A stretch of 64,000 nt of DNA, taken from contig NC_045696.1 in assembly GCF_009834535.1 (NCBI RefSeq), positions 74,650,001 to 74,714,000 of the forward strand, in the 5' to 3' direction. Source of the stretch: Camelus ferus (lineage: Eukaryota). A model generated the notes under the pieces. The model saw only the letters and a program-made list of their open reading frames with translations. It was not told the origin of the DNA and made no database searches. Made by a program: the position numbers and the translations under genes. This document shows, piece by piece, positions 39,190-51,560 of this stretch (positions are counted from its first letter, which is position 1; each line of letters starts with the position of its first letter).

Positions 39190-39997
39190 TAGAAAGACAG
39201 AAGTGCACTCCTGTGTTTCTCCTCTACTCACAGAACACTTCACTTCTGGTCACCAAATTGGGATGGGGGTAAGGAGGACATTTCCCACAGGAAGCAATTC
39301 TCCAACTCTCTGAAGACACTGAGTGTCCCACAGTTTAACTCAATTCTGACACTACCTGGAGTCACCATCAGATTCCACAGGTTAAGGGCTCAGTCCCCTA
39401 ATCTGCCTCCCCCTGCCCCCCTACTTAAAACACCAATCGCAAGTCCATGTTGTCACCTGTGCTTCTGAAGGACTGACTGTAAGTCATAGGTTCTCATGGC
39501 CTCCTCTGCAAGTTTGATCAATTTGCTAGAGCAGCCCACAGAACTCAGGAAAACAATTTACTTACTAGATTATCAGTTTATTACAAAGGATGTTAAAGGA
39601 TACCAGTGAACAACCAGAAGAGATACGCAGGAATTGGGGAAAGGGTGTAGTGCAGGGATTTTCAAGTCTTCATTAGACAGGCAAGAATGACTAAACCATT
39701 GGCCACTGTTGATTACATAAGTCCCCAGCTTCTCTCCACTTCCAGGAGGTGAGGGGGCCCCAAAGTTCCAACCCTCTCATCTTGCAGATGATTCCCCTGA
39801 CAACCAGCCCATCCTTAGGCATGGTCCAAAAGCCCCTAACAGAAACTCAGGTGTGGCTGAAAGGGCTTGTTATGCATAACAAAAGACACTTTCCTGGCTC
39901 CTATCATGCAAGAAATTCCAAGAGTTTTAGGAGCTCTGTGCCAGGAACAAGGACAAAGATCAAATATATATTCCTTATTGTAAATCACAATATCACA
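39190..39997 (-). mobile_element. MER21-family solo LTR
   Basis: The reverse complement begins TGTGATATTGTGATTTACAATAAGGAATATATATTTG...CCTGGCACAGAGCTCCTAAAAC, the recalled MER21 5' end. Confidence 0.85.
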
Positions 39998-40119
39998 GAA
40001 GGATTTAGTGAGCCCCTAACATGAAATTTTCCTACAAGTAGATGATCTCAAAGCCTTTCCTGATGGATATCTAAACCACCAACTACCAAAGTCTGTCCAC
40101 CAGAGTTTTGCAAAGACTC

Positions 40120-40551
40120 CCAGGAAGGCAGAGACCCAACAGTGACACAGGGAATCTCTCGCTTCTCAGCAGCTGCTGGTCTCAGCGAGCCTGCGGGGAG
40201 CCTGCTCAGCCTCTCCAACACAAACACAAACCAGGAAGAGTCAGAGTCTTTCGGCCATGGGGCACCCCTGACCAACGGGCCGTGGGAGCCAGTGGGTAAG
40301 CACTCTCCTCTTCCGTGTCCCAGGTGGATGATGCTGAGGTACACTGACAGTCCCCCAGGCAGTCCTGGACGGGCTGAGCATCCACCGTGGTAGCAGGCTC
40401 GATACCTCACCTTTGGGTTCACTTTCTTTCCTTCCCTTTGTTCCTATTCCCTTGGACATTCTTCCACTTCTGTTGCCTGGGATATCTTTCCAAAATAAAC
40501 AGCCTGTGCCAAAGCCCTTGTCTCGGTCTTCAGTGGACTCCAGCTAAGACG
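40120..40551 (+). mobile_element. LTR16-family ERVL solo LTR
   Basis: The 3' end reads cctgggatatctttccaaaataaacagcctgtgccaaagcccttgtctc...ctaagac. Confidence 0.7.
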
Positions 40552-43500
40552 GGGCATAAGATAAACTCCCCACCCTCAGACAGGTGGTGAGGGGGCATAA
40601 TCAGCCGAGTGGCTCAGCAACTCTCGTACCTAATACTCAATAAGGCTTCACACCTAGTAATGTTTTAAAACTACCAGTGAAATGGATAAAAGAAAATAGA
40701 ATGATTTTCTATAAAACTATAGAAGACAGACTGTAATTGCCGTGTTGTATGACACAGACCCTAAGTATTGTGCGGTTCAGAGGAAAGGATGCTTTTCTGA
40801 AGCAGACAGAAAAGATGAGAATGAGCTCTGAGCGATGATCAAAAGAGGAAGGTGGTCCTGGAAAAGGAAATGAGTCTTATATGCTGAAGACCCAGAGACT
40901 AACTCCCCAGAACTGGTAACCTAGAAGGTAAGGGGAGGTGGGACGAAGTACATTCAGAGGACAGAGGAGCTCAGTAACTAAGGACATGAGAGTAGATTTT
41001 CCATGGTGGTTCATGAAGGTTTGTGAGCATAAGTATGAACCAATTTCCCCACTTACCCACACCAAACTTTCTACATAACACCTGACAACCAAACACTTGG
41101 GTTTACAACCCATGATTAACTCTCTTTATCTCTTTCCTTTCTTCCTATAGTGATTACTGTTTGGCCAGGCACATTTTACATATTAATTTATTTAATCCAC
41201 AAAACAATCCCATGAGGTAGGTTCAAATATTGCCCCCATTCCACAGATGGAGAAACTGGGGCACAGAGAAGTTACACAGCCAGGACACAGAGCTGGGATT
41301 CCAACTCTGCCAGTCTCACTCTCTCTTTCACGTTTGTCCCCCACAACAAAGTCACTACATTCTACATGATAATCCCATGTGATTCCTTTCTCACTGTTTC
41401 CCCTATGTTGTATAGTAACCCTTTTCAGAAGATGTAACTGCATATAATTCATACATTTCCTAGACATTCATTGAGTTCCTGGTATATATACCAGATGCTG
41501 GGCCAATAGCTAGGGACACAAAGATACAGTCCCCACTCTCCAGGAAGGTCCCACTGCAGATCTTGCAAGATGAACCAAGTCATGGAGAGGTGAACCTACT
41601 GGTCAAGGTGAGAAGGTGGGCCTGGGATGAAATCAAATTGCTAGATGAAAAAACAAATTCACACTGATCCCAGAACTGTTATTACACATCTGCTGTGTGC
41701 TAAGTCCTAGCAGGTGGGCAGAGAGGGAGGAGAGGACTACTGAAATCAGTCCCACTTCACCCACAAAGGTGAAGAACCACAAAGGTGGTCACACCTTGCC
41801 TTACACATGGTAGACACAAAATAAAAATTTATCAATTCAGTCTTCCTCTAAGACCACTTCAAATCACATTACTCACAGTAGCTTTCTCATAACTGATGTA
41901 TGAAATCAAGATCCTATTCTAGCTATGAAAGGCCCCATCTTCTACTCTCTACTTAGTTCTGATCTTACTGCTTAGAAAATCAGTCTTTTTCTTCCAAATA
42001 CATTACAAGCAAATAAGAAGAAAATAGTCACACTTTATGTGTTTGCACATGTGATTTACCTGGGTCAGAATGCTGGTCTCCTATTTATTTCTATCCATCT
42101 TTATCTATGACCATTTACAAAAGTATCCAATACAAGGATGACTATTTCTTTCCACTCACATGGTTTTAGTCTTTTCTCTACCATAGTTCTATGGCACTTG
42201 TGGATTAAAGTCTCTGCTATGTTTGGTACCAATGGATTTTGCTCCAGATGGTTCTTACAGCCATGCATGTATGAGATGACACATAGTAGGTGCTCAGGAA
42301 CCTTCATGGGTTTCATGATGAAGTGTTAAGTAAGTACCATAGGGAAAGATCTCGAATTATCATGCACTGTGCTTTAATATAACTTGTTATAAAACCTTCT
42401 TTCTCTTCCTCCCTTGAAACATAGAAAATGAAATATACTGATTCATCGGCCTTGTAAATAAGCCAGTCTTCCCCAAGGAACTACTGTGACGTGAATGAAA
42501 TCATCATTTTATACTGGATAAGATGCTTCTAGGTTAGTGTTTGGCAAACAGTAAGCTCCCAATAACTATTTGTGGAAGTGAATGAAGATAAGCAGCTTTT
42601 TTTTCACACCTGCCATACACTACATGACGTGGTAAAGACTTCCAATAACAAAATTTGTAAGAAGAATTTGAAGCGTAACCCAGATCAAACACAGAAAAGT
42701 AGTTTTACCCACTTCACATGTTGTGTCATCCTAAAAGATTTAAGGCCACTTTCTTCCTGGAGTTCACAATCCACTGACGGCTTAAGTTAATTAGGGTCAA
42801 CCCTCTGCACCCTTAGGAACTATTAGTGGGAAACTGCCCAACACTGGACACAAAATCTGAAAATGCCACTTTCAAATACTTTGTGGTTAACAGTATTTAA
42901 TGACTGCTGGCAGTCACATTAAATAGTGCGATCACAATATGCTAAATATTCAATATAACCATTTCATTCCACTCTACACAGACCTTTTTGGAAGAAAAAA
43001 ATAAGTCAAGTCATAAACAAACACGTGAGATTTTTATCCACCAAATGATCTGGAATTAGCATAACAGAAAAATTAAATATCAGAGAAGATACTAATTCTG
43101 GGACTTCCAATGTGTACCAAGCAAAAAAGCTTTGAAAGCAGCCGAAATCAACTCACAAGATAATAAAGGATACTTTGGAAATTTTGCCACTCATTTGATT
43201 TTTTCCTCCCTCCAACAATACATAATAGGAATAAAATGTGTGAGACTATTGTTGTGAAACCTGCCTCAGTCCCTCCAAATCCATGCACCTCCTGGTTGCA
43301 TTGAGATCTGCGGGTGACACACGAGCTCTAAAATGGGTGGATAAAAATAACCTGGTCCTCAAAAAGACATGATAAACGCCAGACAGCTGAGTCACTTTGA
43401 AGCCCATTTTGACTCCTGAAAGGGACATTCACCCTCCTTTTCCTTCCTACACATACACATACAACCTGGTGAAAACCACCACCAACCGTCCTGGGTGGAA

Positions 43501-43949
43501 AACGGCGGTGCGTCTCCACTTCCCACTCCAGTCTGTCTGAGGTCACGACTCGCGATTGAACTTTTAATAATATACACTAGTGCATTTCAGCCAAAGTGAC
43601 TCATTTATAGGGGGAAAGGGAAGGCTTGAGGAAACCGTAATAATCCGGTAGACCCCCTATTTCTGCTGCCCGGGTGGAAGCACCCGAGGGTTTCTTCCGA
43701 CATTCTGACGGAACGAAAAGAAGCGGGGAGAAATTTAAAGTGGACGGAGAAAAGCTCAGAGAGGAAATGAGAACTGTCCAGGAGTGGGAATCCCAGGAAA
43801 AGCAAACGGTCCCAGACAGAGAAGGGCTGTGTGCGTCCGGAGGGAATCAGTCTCATCCACCAACCCGCCCTCCGCTCTCGCCCCAAAGAGGACGCAAGCC
43901 ATCTGCAACAGACTGTTAGACCAGGAAACTCTTCGATTCGATCTATCTT

Positions 43950-44980
43950 TCAAACGGTGGCGGGGCTCTGGGCAGGCTGCTAGGAACTGGGGCCCTGTCA
44001 GCCTAAGAGGGCTGGCGGAGCAAACCACCCCGGCCGCCAAGCCCAGTCTTCGGCTGCAGCAGCCTCGGGAATGCAGCGCCCGGCACCCAGTAGGCTCTCG
44101 CTAAGTGTTTGCTGAACTGCCGTGCCCCTGAGGCAACTCCGCCGCCTCCTCCGGGAGGAGGTCCCCGGCTGCCACTGCGCATCTTCTCCCCCCGCTTCAC
44201 GTGCCGCCGAGTTCCGCTCGCGGCCGCCTCAGGCCGCCGGCACCGCGACCCTCCCCCGAGGCGCCGCCGCCGCCGCCGAGCCTCACTTACAGGGGAGTCG
44301 TAGGAGAAGGCGCACTCGTTCTTGTAGACCCTGTCCCCGGACCTGGGCACACGGATTGTGGGCATGTGGGGCACCAGCAGCTCGCCGATGTCTCCTGCAG
44401 CCATCTTCCTGCTGCCGCTGCCGCCCGGCATGCCGAACAGGGCGCCCCGGCGCTGCATGGCCGCGGCGCGCAGCCGAGCCGAGCAGGAGCGCTGGGTCTG
44501 CCGGCGGCGGGCTGCGCGGGCGACCGGAGCCGAGCCGGGGCGGGCGGGGAGAGCGGGCCGCGGGGCGGGAGCGGGCACCCGGGGCCCCCGGCTGGCGGAG
44601 GGGACGCTGCTATTTTTAATCCAATGGCGAATCGCCGGCCCAGCTGCAGCGTCAGGCGGGGCGCTTGGGAGCGCCAGCCGCAGCGTGCGGGGAGGGGGCA
44701 CTGGAGAGGGGCCTGGCGCCCTGGCCCCGCTCGGTGGCGGGGGGCGGAGGGCGAGCCCCCGGGCGCAGGCTCGGGAGCGGGCCGCCGTGGGCCCCCACCG
44801 CGGTGTTTTCTATCCTACATCGCTAGGTTGCGAAGAGTCAGCTCTGAGGCAGCCAACACAAAGAGGATTTGAGGTTTTAAAACCGCTTGCTTTTAAAACA
44901 GCCGAGAACAGCGGGGACTTCCCCTGATTGGGTAGGGATGGGACTCGAGGTGCAAATCTGGAACCTAACGTCGGGCCCAA
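43950..44980 (-). promoter_or_regulatory. USP13: CpG island and promoter of USP13
   Basis: Very GC- and CpG-dense. Contains GC boxes (GGCGGGGCG at ~44655, GGGGCGGAG at ~44741), CCAAT at 44621-44625 and ATTGG at 44927-44931. It spans exon 1. Confidence 0.9.
44291..44458 (-). CDS. USP13: USP13 (ubiquitin C-terminal hydrolase 13) coding exon 1
   Basis: The minus strand translates to [56 protein letters not shown], the recognisable USP13 N-terminus. The coding part is 168 nt, ends at the donor CCT|GTAAGT and lies in a CpG island. Confidence 0.97.
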
Positions 44981-45989
44981 ATCGAAATTTGTGCTTTGCA
45001 CTTCGGTGTTAATCTCACTAAGCCTTATTTCTCACTTTTTAAATAACATCTAAAGCTCATTAAAAGAAAATAGGGTAGACTCCAGTAAGGATAGCTGTAT
45101 ATTGTTACAATAATACAGATTTTCTTTAAGTACAAGGGTAGGGGTGTCAAGATTACTTTCAGGGGTGGGGGAGGCTTTATGTTTTTCTCTTTGGAACGTC
45201 TTCTGCGAGATTTGAGTTCTCCGTGTCAAGCATTCAGTAGACTGATTTGGGATCTTATGTACAGACATACATCTTACCTGACTTGCACGTCCATTCCTCA
45301 AAATAAATAATAAATGGGGTTGGGTTGGCGGGTGCAGGGGAATAATCTGCAAACAGAGCATGCCTCACAGTATACTCTCAAGCTCTTCCAAAAAAAACTC
45401 TTAAAACACAGGTTCAATTCCATTGAAGGTTCCCCAGCTACACTCAGCGTACGGGGCAGGGTACAGGCGATCCCTGACAGTTAATGAAATGGGAAAATTG
45501 TGAATCAAAACGCTGATTTCTGTAAGCCTCTCCCAGATCAAATAGTACTTACATTCTTTTTTCTTCCGTTATTTGTCACTTTCCCTAATTCTGCAAATGT
45601 GCCGGTTCTGCTAGGGAGAAAGGATGGTACCTGGAATTTGATGTGAAGTAGACAGGCTGCTGAGCTCTTTCTTGCCCGGCTCATCTAACTTTCCATACCT
45701 CAAGCAAAGCTCAACACACTATATGTTTATGTAACTCACAGCTTCCTAATGCAACCTGATGGAAATGGAGACGAGAAGGCATAAAGAAAAAAAATAATAA
45801 TAATTAAGCACTACTGCTATCCTCCTCTTTGGGCAGATACTCTCAAGGAGTTTTTGCTTTGTATTATCCTCACCAGCTTATTATTTACTTTCTAGTAGTA
45901 TCTGTGCCCGTTTCAGGTGCGTGGGTGAAGCTTACTTGTTTAAATACGGAGAAAAACTTGCTTCAGAAGCGTTCAAAACAACATTTTTA

Positions 45990-46860
45990 ATATTTTTAGA
46001 TTAAATGCAAATTAAATCGAGACACCGTTTTTCACCCTTCAGACTGATAAAGATATAGTGAGTTGGCCCAGGTTTGGGAAATAGGCCCTCATATACATTG
46101 CTGATGGGAATAAAAACAGTAAACCTCTTTGGAAGGAAATTTAACAATACCAACCATGATTTTATATGCATATACTGTTTTCCCCAGCGAGTCTTCATCT
46201 AGACGTTTATGCTACAGATAAATTCACATTGTATAAGGATATTTGTTGGAGGGTTGTTTATAGTAACAAGAGACTGAGATCAGCATAAAACTCCATCTGT
46301 AGGAAGCAGTTACTGTACAGTGCCACTGTGGGGAGGGACTGGTAATAGCTTAGCGTGCATGAAGGCCTGCATTCTATCCCCATTACCAACATTAAAAGAA
46401 GAAAAAGGTACCAATAGAGAAGTGAAGCACTCTGTATGTGCTGATGTGGAACAATCTCCAAACCATATTACTAGGTTAAAAAAGCCGAGTGTAAATCAGT
46501 GTGTAAAAGCAAGGCTAAGGGTGCACAGTAGGGGCTCTGGCACATTCTGTATACCACGGGCCGTCCAGGTGGTTGTATCCCTGCTAAGTATTTTTCATGT
46601 TGCCCCTACATAGCTATAGATAGATATCGATATCAATATCAATAAATTTATGCAAATTTTAGATAGCTAGGTGCTTGTTTGAATTTAGGAAGCCTCTGGA
46701 AGAATACATAAGAAATTAATGACAATTGGGTTCTGTGGAGAGACACACAATGCCTAAGGTTAGAGAGGAACTTAGAACCACTCTTTACCTTTCTCTACCA
46801 TTTACATTTTTATTGTGTGCAAGTATTGCTTTAAAAAGTAATTAAAACTCAATTGGAAAA
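45990..46860 (+). mobile_element. Old L1ME-type 3' remnant
   Basis: aaatgcaaattaaa...ctcatatacattgctgatggga...acctctttggaagg motifs. Confidence 0.65.
46328..46405 (+). mobile_element. Degenerate Vic-1-type SINE inside an old L1
   Basis: gggggaggg...gcttagcgtgcatgaaggcctgcattctatccccattacc followed by an A-tail. Confidence 0.55.
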
Positions 46861-49149
46861 AACAATCTAAGATCAGTAACCAGTAATATTAACAGAGATT
46901 GAAGCACCTCTGTAAAAGCACATCCTAATTTTTTTCATGCAATGGCACATATCGAAAATGATATTTGTACAGCCCAAGGAAGTAATCCATCAGGGATGCT
47001 TTATGCAGCCTGAGGCTAGTAGTCTGGGGGTCCAAGTTACTGCAAGTCCTAACCATGGCCTCCCAAGGACCAAAGAGATCTCATCACACTTGAATGCCAT
47101 CTCTGCACACCAGAATGCCAGTGACACATCAGATGGAAAGTTCTAATCAAAATGGGAAAATAACACTATTTAAACATGGAAAATGATTAAATTGGGTACA
47201 TCTATTCAGAGATGTTTATACAAATCTTAAAAATGATTAGAAAAATGTTTTAATACATTTGTAGTATTTAGTTCAACGTATTTACAATACTTGTACAATA
47301 TTATTGCAACTGGGTAAAAATAAATATGCATTTTGACAAGACTGGAAAGATGTAAAATTTAAACAGTTATGTTTAGGATTCGGTTATAGGATTGTGTTTC
47401 TATTTTCAAAATGTCTTCAATGATGTTACATTTGTATTATAATATAAAAATTTATCAAGACAAAAAAGCTAATAAGAGAAACATCACTGAATTAAGACAA
47501 TGTCTTAATCATGCTGTTTTAGGACAAAATTCTAGTTCAATTACTTTTGCAAAGTCTACATATGAATTTATAACTGGACTGTTTTACTCTTGGGTCAGTT
47601 TCTGCATGTGGAGCTTGATCAAAGAGCAGGAATAAAGTGATGATAAGTAAACAATAGGTAAACAATTTTAACTTCCAACATAAATTCAAAGTCTTACTGA
47701 AGAGATATCAGAGGACCTAAGACTAAAAACTGACTTTTGTACATCGAGGTGATTAGGCCACCAAGTCACACTACAGCTCACAAGCCTCCTCCCATGATGT
47801 TCAGGGTGAAGCCCAGACTCCCATGGCCTGGCATTGAGGGACCTCTCTGTCAAGCTCTCCTTCCTTGCAGACTTTACTCTCATTCCTACACTTCTGGTGA
47901 GCTTGGTCCACTGTCCCCCAAAGATAAATGTACTTTCTCCTAGCCTTAGGTGAAAGCTCTCTCCCTCTCATTTCTACCTTCCCAGTCCTTTCAAGACTTT
48001 GTCCGTGAAGCCTTTTCTGACTGCTCCAACCCTCAGGGATCTTTAAAAAATGACAGCCCCTATTGCCTGTACCTCTCATTAGATACTGCCTTATAACATC
48101 TTTTGTGCTCTTATTTAATTAGTCTGAGTTCCATATCTTGCCCCTCTGTATAGAAAGCAAACCCTCTGAAAGAAGTTCTACTTCATATCCTTGCACATTG
48201 TGGAAGCTCAGTGTTTATGGAATATTGCTGGCCAGAATGGAGTGGTGCACTGTTTATTTTAGGCACTCAGCAAGTACCTACCAAACGAATGACTCACATC
48301 TGTGACATTGTAACAGATATGTTTTGCAGTCAGCTTTGTGCCTTTTAGGTAAAATTCATTGCTGTATTAATGTTCCTAGAACTGACAAAGGTCACATTAA
48401 GACATGACATGAATATTAGTTACTGTGACTAGTGCCAAAAGGGAAATTGGGGAAATCTATAGAGGAAAAAAAAGATACCTTAATTATTCCAATTAACGGA
48501 ATAGCTCTTGACCTCAGATGTCCTCTAATTATGTGCAGTGATCTGGTAAAGCCATAAATGGTGACAGCTAGTTATGGAGACAAAGCCATAAAATTTTCTA
48601 TGCTGGCAGGTAGCCTCTGCAAGAAGCACTGGTTACTAAATATAAAACAATAGGTCACTGATTAAGAAATTTAAGGCATTTTCTGTTTGAGGAAATTCTA
48701 CATAACCATGTGGTATAAGAATATTCATTGACATGCAAAAACAATCACTATAATGCAGATTTCAAGAACAGATGATAAATGAGCATATATACTATCATCC
48801 CATCTAAATACACACACACATAGAAATAGCACAGAGAAAACATTAGATTGGAATAAGCTGTATGTTAATGGCGGTTATCTCTAGCTGAAAAAAATATTTT
48901 TTTCTTTGTGTTTTTCTGTGTTATCTTAGTGCTTTTCATGGAGTATCCATTTCTTTTTATAAATAAGGGAAATGCTAACTTTGCGTTACCACTGATTACG
49001 TCAATCCTCTCTTCCACCTACCCTCTTTCTTACCTGCTTGTCCCCTTTACCCTCCATAAAACCCAGCAAGTTTCTACTGTTACATTTATAGACAATCTGC
49101 CTAACTAGAAGGCAGGTTCACATTGGAATGAGCAAACTCCTTGCACAGC

Positions 49150-51560
49150 TCTTACCATCAAGATGAGGTAAGCTGTTATTCCACTTAAGAGGAAATCTGA
49201 GATCCCCATTCACCTTTTTGGGTTTCATGATGCGTAATACTCAACACAGTCCTTCTAGGAGGCTGACTCGTAAGTTACTCACAGAGTTGGGCAGGCAGGT
49301 TGCCTTTCAGGCCAATCTGATACCATCCCTCCTCATGCCCACCACCATTTCCATGCACATGTGAGACCTGTCCTCCACTCAGGTGTAGGCAAGCCTGGTG
49401 TGAGCACAGTGAAAAAACATGTTAACCATGGGGCCACAAGCTGTTTTTCAAGTTTCCTAGTAATGGACAAAGCAAGTATCTAAACATGATACAGACTGGC
49501 TCCAAAATTCAAAGAAACTCACCTCATTCTCAGTAGTAGGGAGCTAAAGAAGAAGAATCTGACTTTCATTTTTTTATATTATTAAACTCCCCTTTGGAAT
49601 TTCACTAGGATGGCATTTCTCAGACTATATCTCTCACCTTCTGTCACAGGACACCTGCTACTTCCTGCTCCTCAGGTCCTGTCTATACACTGTTGTCCCT
49701 GTAGGACTAACATGATGTCCTATAGACATTGATGGTCAAGATCAGGAGTCAGCCAACTGCAGCCCATGGACCAAATCCAGCCTGCAGCTTGCTTTTGTAA
49801 ATAAAGTTTTGCTGGAATCCAGCTTCAGTCATCCACTTACATTGGTCTGTGGCTGCTTTGGCACTACAAAAGCAAAGTGGAGTGGATGCAACCAAAACCA
49901 CATGGACCAATGCCCAAGGTATTTACTGTCTGGCCCTTTACAGAGAAAGTTTGCCAACCCCTGGTCAAGATCCCTACAGGTCGTGTGTTATCATCCAGAA
50001 TCAGAGACTCGACATGCCCCTAAGCTAGAGAGTTAAATTGTGCAACCTATCCTTCAGGTGACAACAAACCTGTTTACCTAAATGGAGAAAATACTTTCCG
50101 CCAGATCAGTAGCTGCAAACTGAATGCCACGAGATGTATTAACTTGCTTCATAAGGAGTTCATCTCTGGAACATCAACCAAACTGAAATCACCACCTTAT
50201 TAACTTGACTGCAATCCACTATCATTGTCTATTCTAATGGGAGAAATAATAGGAAATGACGGGGAAAAGAGCGGGAGTATGACAGAAATCGCCAAGTCTA
50301 TGTCTTCCTGGTCTTTGAGACTGGCACGAATTCCTGCAGCTCCACTCGAAAGGCAGCTTTGATTCACGTTTACAATTCTGTTAGGGAAGGGGAACACCGG
50401 TGGCATCCTCTCGTCCTTCCTCCTCTGGTAACTCTTAGTCCACAGGTCAGGGAGTCAATATGGAGATTCTACAGTTTGCTACAGTCATGTGATCCAAAAA
50501 TACTTCCAGGATCTGGAATACTAGCCACAAGATGAGCTTGGGGTCCCAACTCAGTCTACTGTGTGGTGAACGAGGTCAGAAATCCATATATCATTGGCTC
50601 CCATAACCTCCCCTCTAGCTGATGGGAGTGGCATTCCAGCAAGCTATCATTTCAATCATAGCCAGTTTCTAATAGTCTTTTAAAAGTTTGGCTGTTTTCC
50701 ATTCTCCAGGGCACTGCTACTAGGGAAGCGGCTGCAGGGAAGGCCAGGAGGAAAGTTCAGAAGGTCCATATCTGATAATACTTTATCTTTAGCATCTTTC
50801 CTAAGGAATCCAGCCTCCTCTCCAATCAAGGAACTCTGGGGGTGCCAACTAACTCCTCCTGACTGTCTAGTAAGGTGGCTTGATTGAGGTCTCTGCTTGC
50901 TAAACTTGAAGCTGGAGAGAGTGGGATACACTAGCTTAGTGGAAGGTCCACTGCTTATACACCTGGGAACCCCATGATAAAACATAGCCAGAATTGTCTG
51001 TAAATTAGCCATTCCCTAAGATATATTAATCATGTTTGGACTGTTGCCTCATATCAAAACCGTGCTGGCTTTACTCCTGGCAGTGAATTACTACCATCTG
51101 GGGTATCCGCCCCGAACTCTTCCAGCCCCACTGGGATCAGGAAGCCCACTTCATGGGCAAATCCTGTGAGCAGCAAAGTCAGTTGGAATGATTAGTAAAC
51201 TGCCTTTGAGAGATTCTGGGCCCCTTTGAAAACATATTTCATAGATCAAATTCAGTGCTTCTGTCTCGAGTCCCTTCTATGCTATGACAAGGGATTTCTA
51301 GCCTTGAGCCAGCATTTGGTCCAGGTGTGGGCTGGGCAACCAAAGTTGGCGTTAGGATCACGCCCACGCTAATGCGTTCTATATAGAATGTCTGCTGAGT
51401 AAATCCATATTGATCCATTTGGCTTGATCCAAATTCTTGTTTTGCCCTCCTTGGTCAAAAATCCTCAAAATCCATTTCCACAGACATTGCCCCATTTTGT
51501 AGAATTTACTGATTTCTGTGACAGCTTTCAGTATGACTGCTGAACTCTTCCACTCTGATT
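49150..51560 (-). mobile_element. Ancient ERVL internal region (decayed gag-pro-pol)
   Basis: The minus strand has ERVL gag-like sequence at ~51380-51480 (similar to ILRVWDNGGRNIKLDQAEFIDMGPLSRDS) and RT-like sequence at ~50190-50230 (AATGATAGTGGATTGCAGTCAAGTTAATAAGGTGGTGA). No intact ORF remains. Confidence 0.7.
49743..49963 (+). mobile_element. MER58A hAT MITE inside the ERVL pol
   Basis: caggagtcagccaact...agtttgccaacccctg. Perfect 8-bp TSD GTCAAGAT at 49735-49742 and 49964-49971. Confidence 0.9.

Noticed and set aside
42310..42445. ATGATGA...CTGA as a C/D-box snoRNA
   Set aside because: It is antisense to the host transcript, has no clear terminal stem and no recognisable guide.
44003..44927. 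Several 165-232 aa overlapping ORFs on both strands
   Set aside because: These reflect stop-codon scarcity in the CpG island and give low-complexity Arg/Gly/Pro/Ala translations. Only 44291-44458 is recognisable coding sequence.
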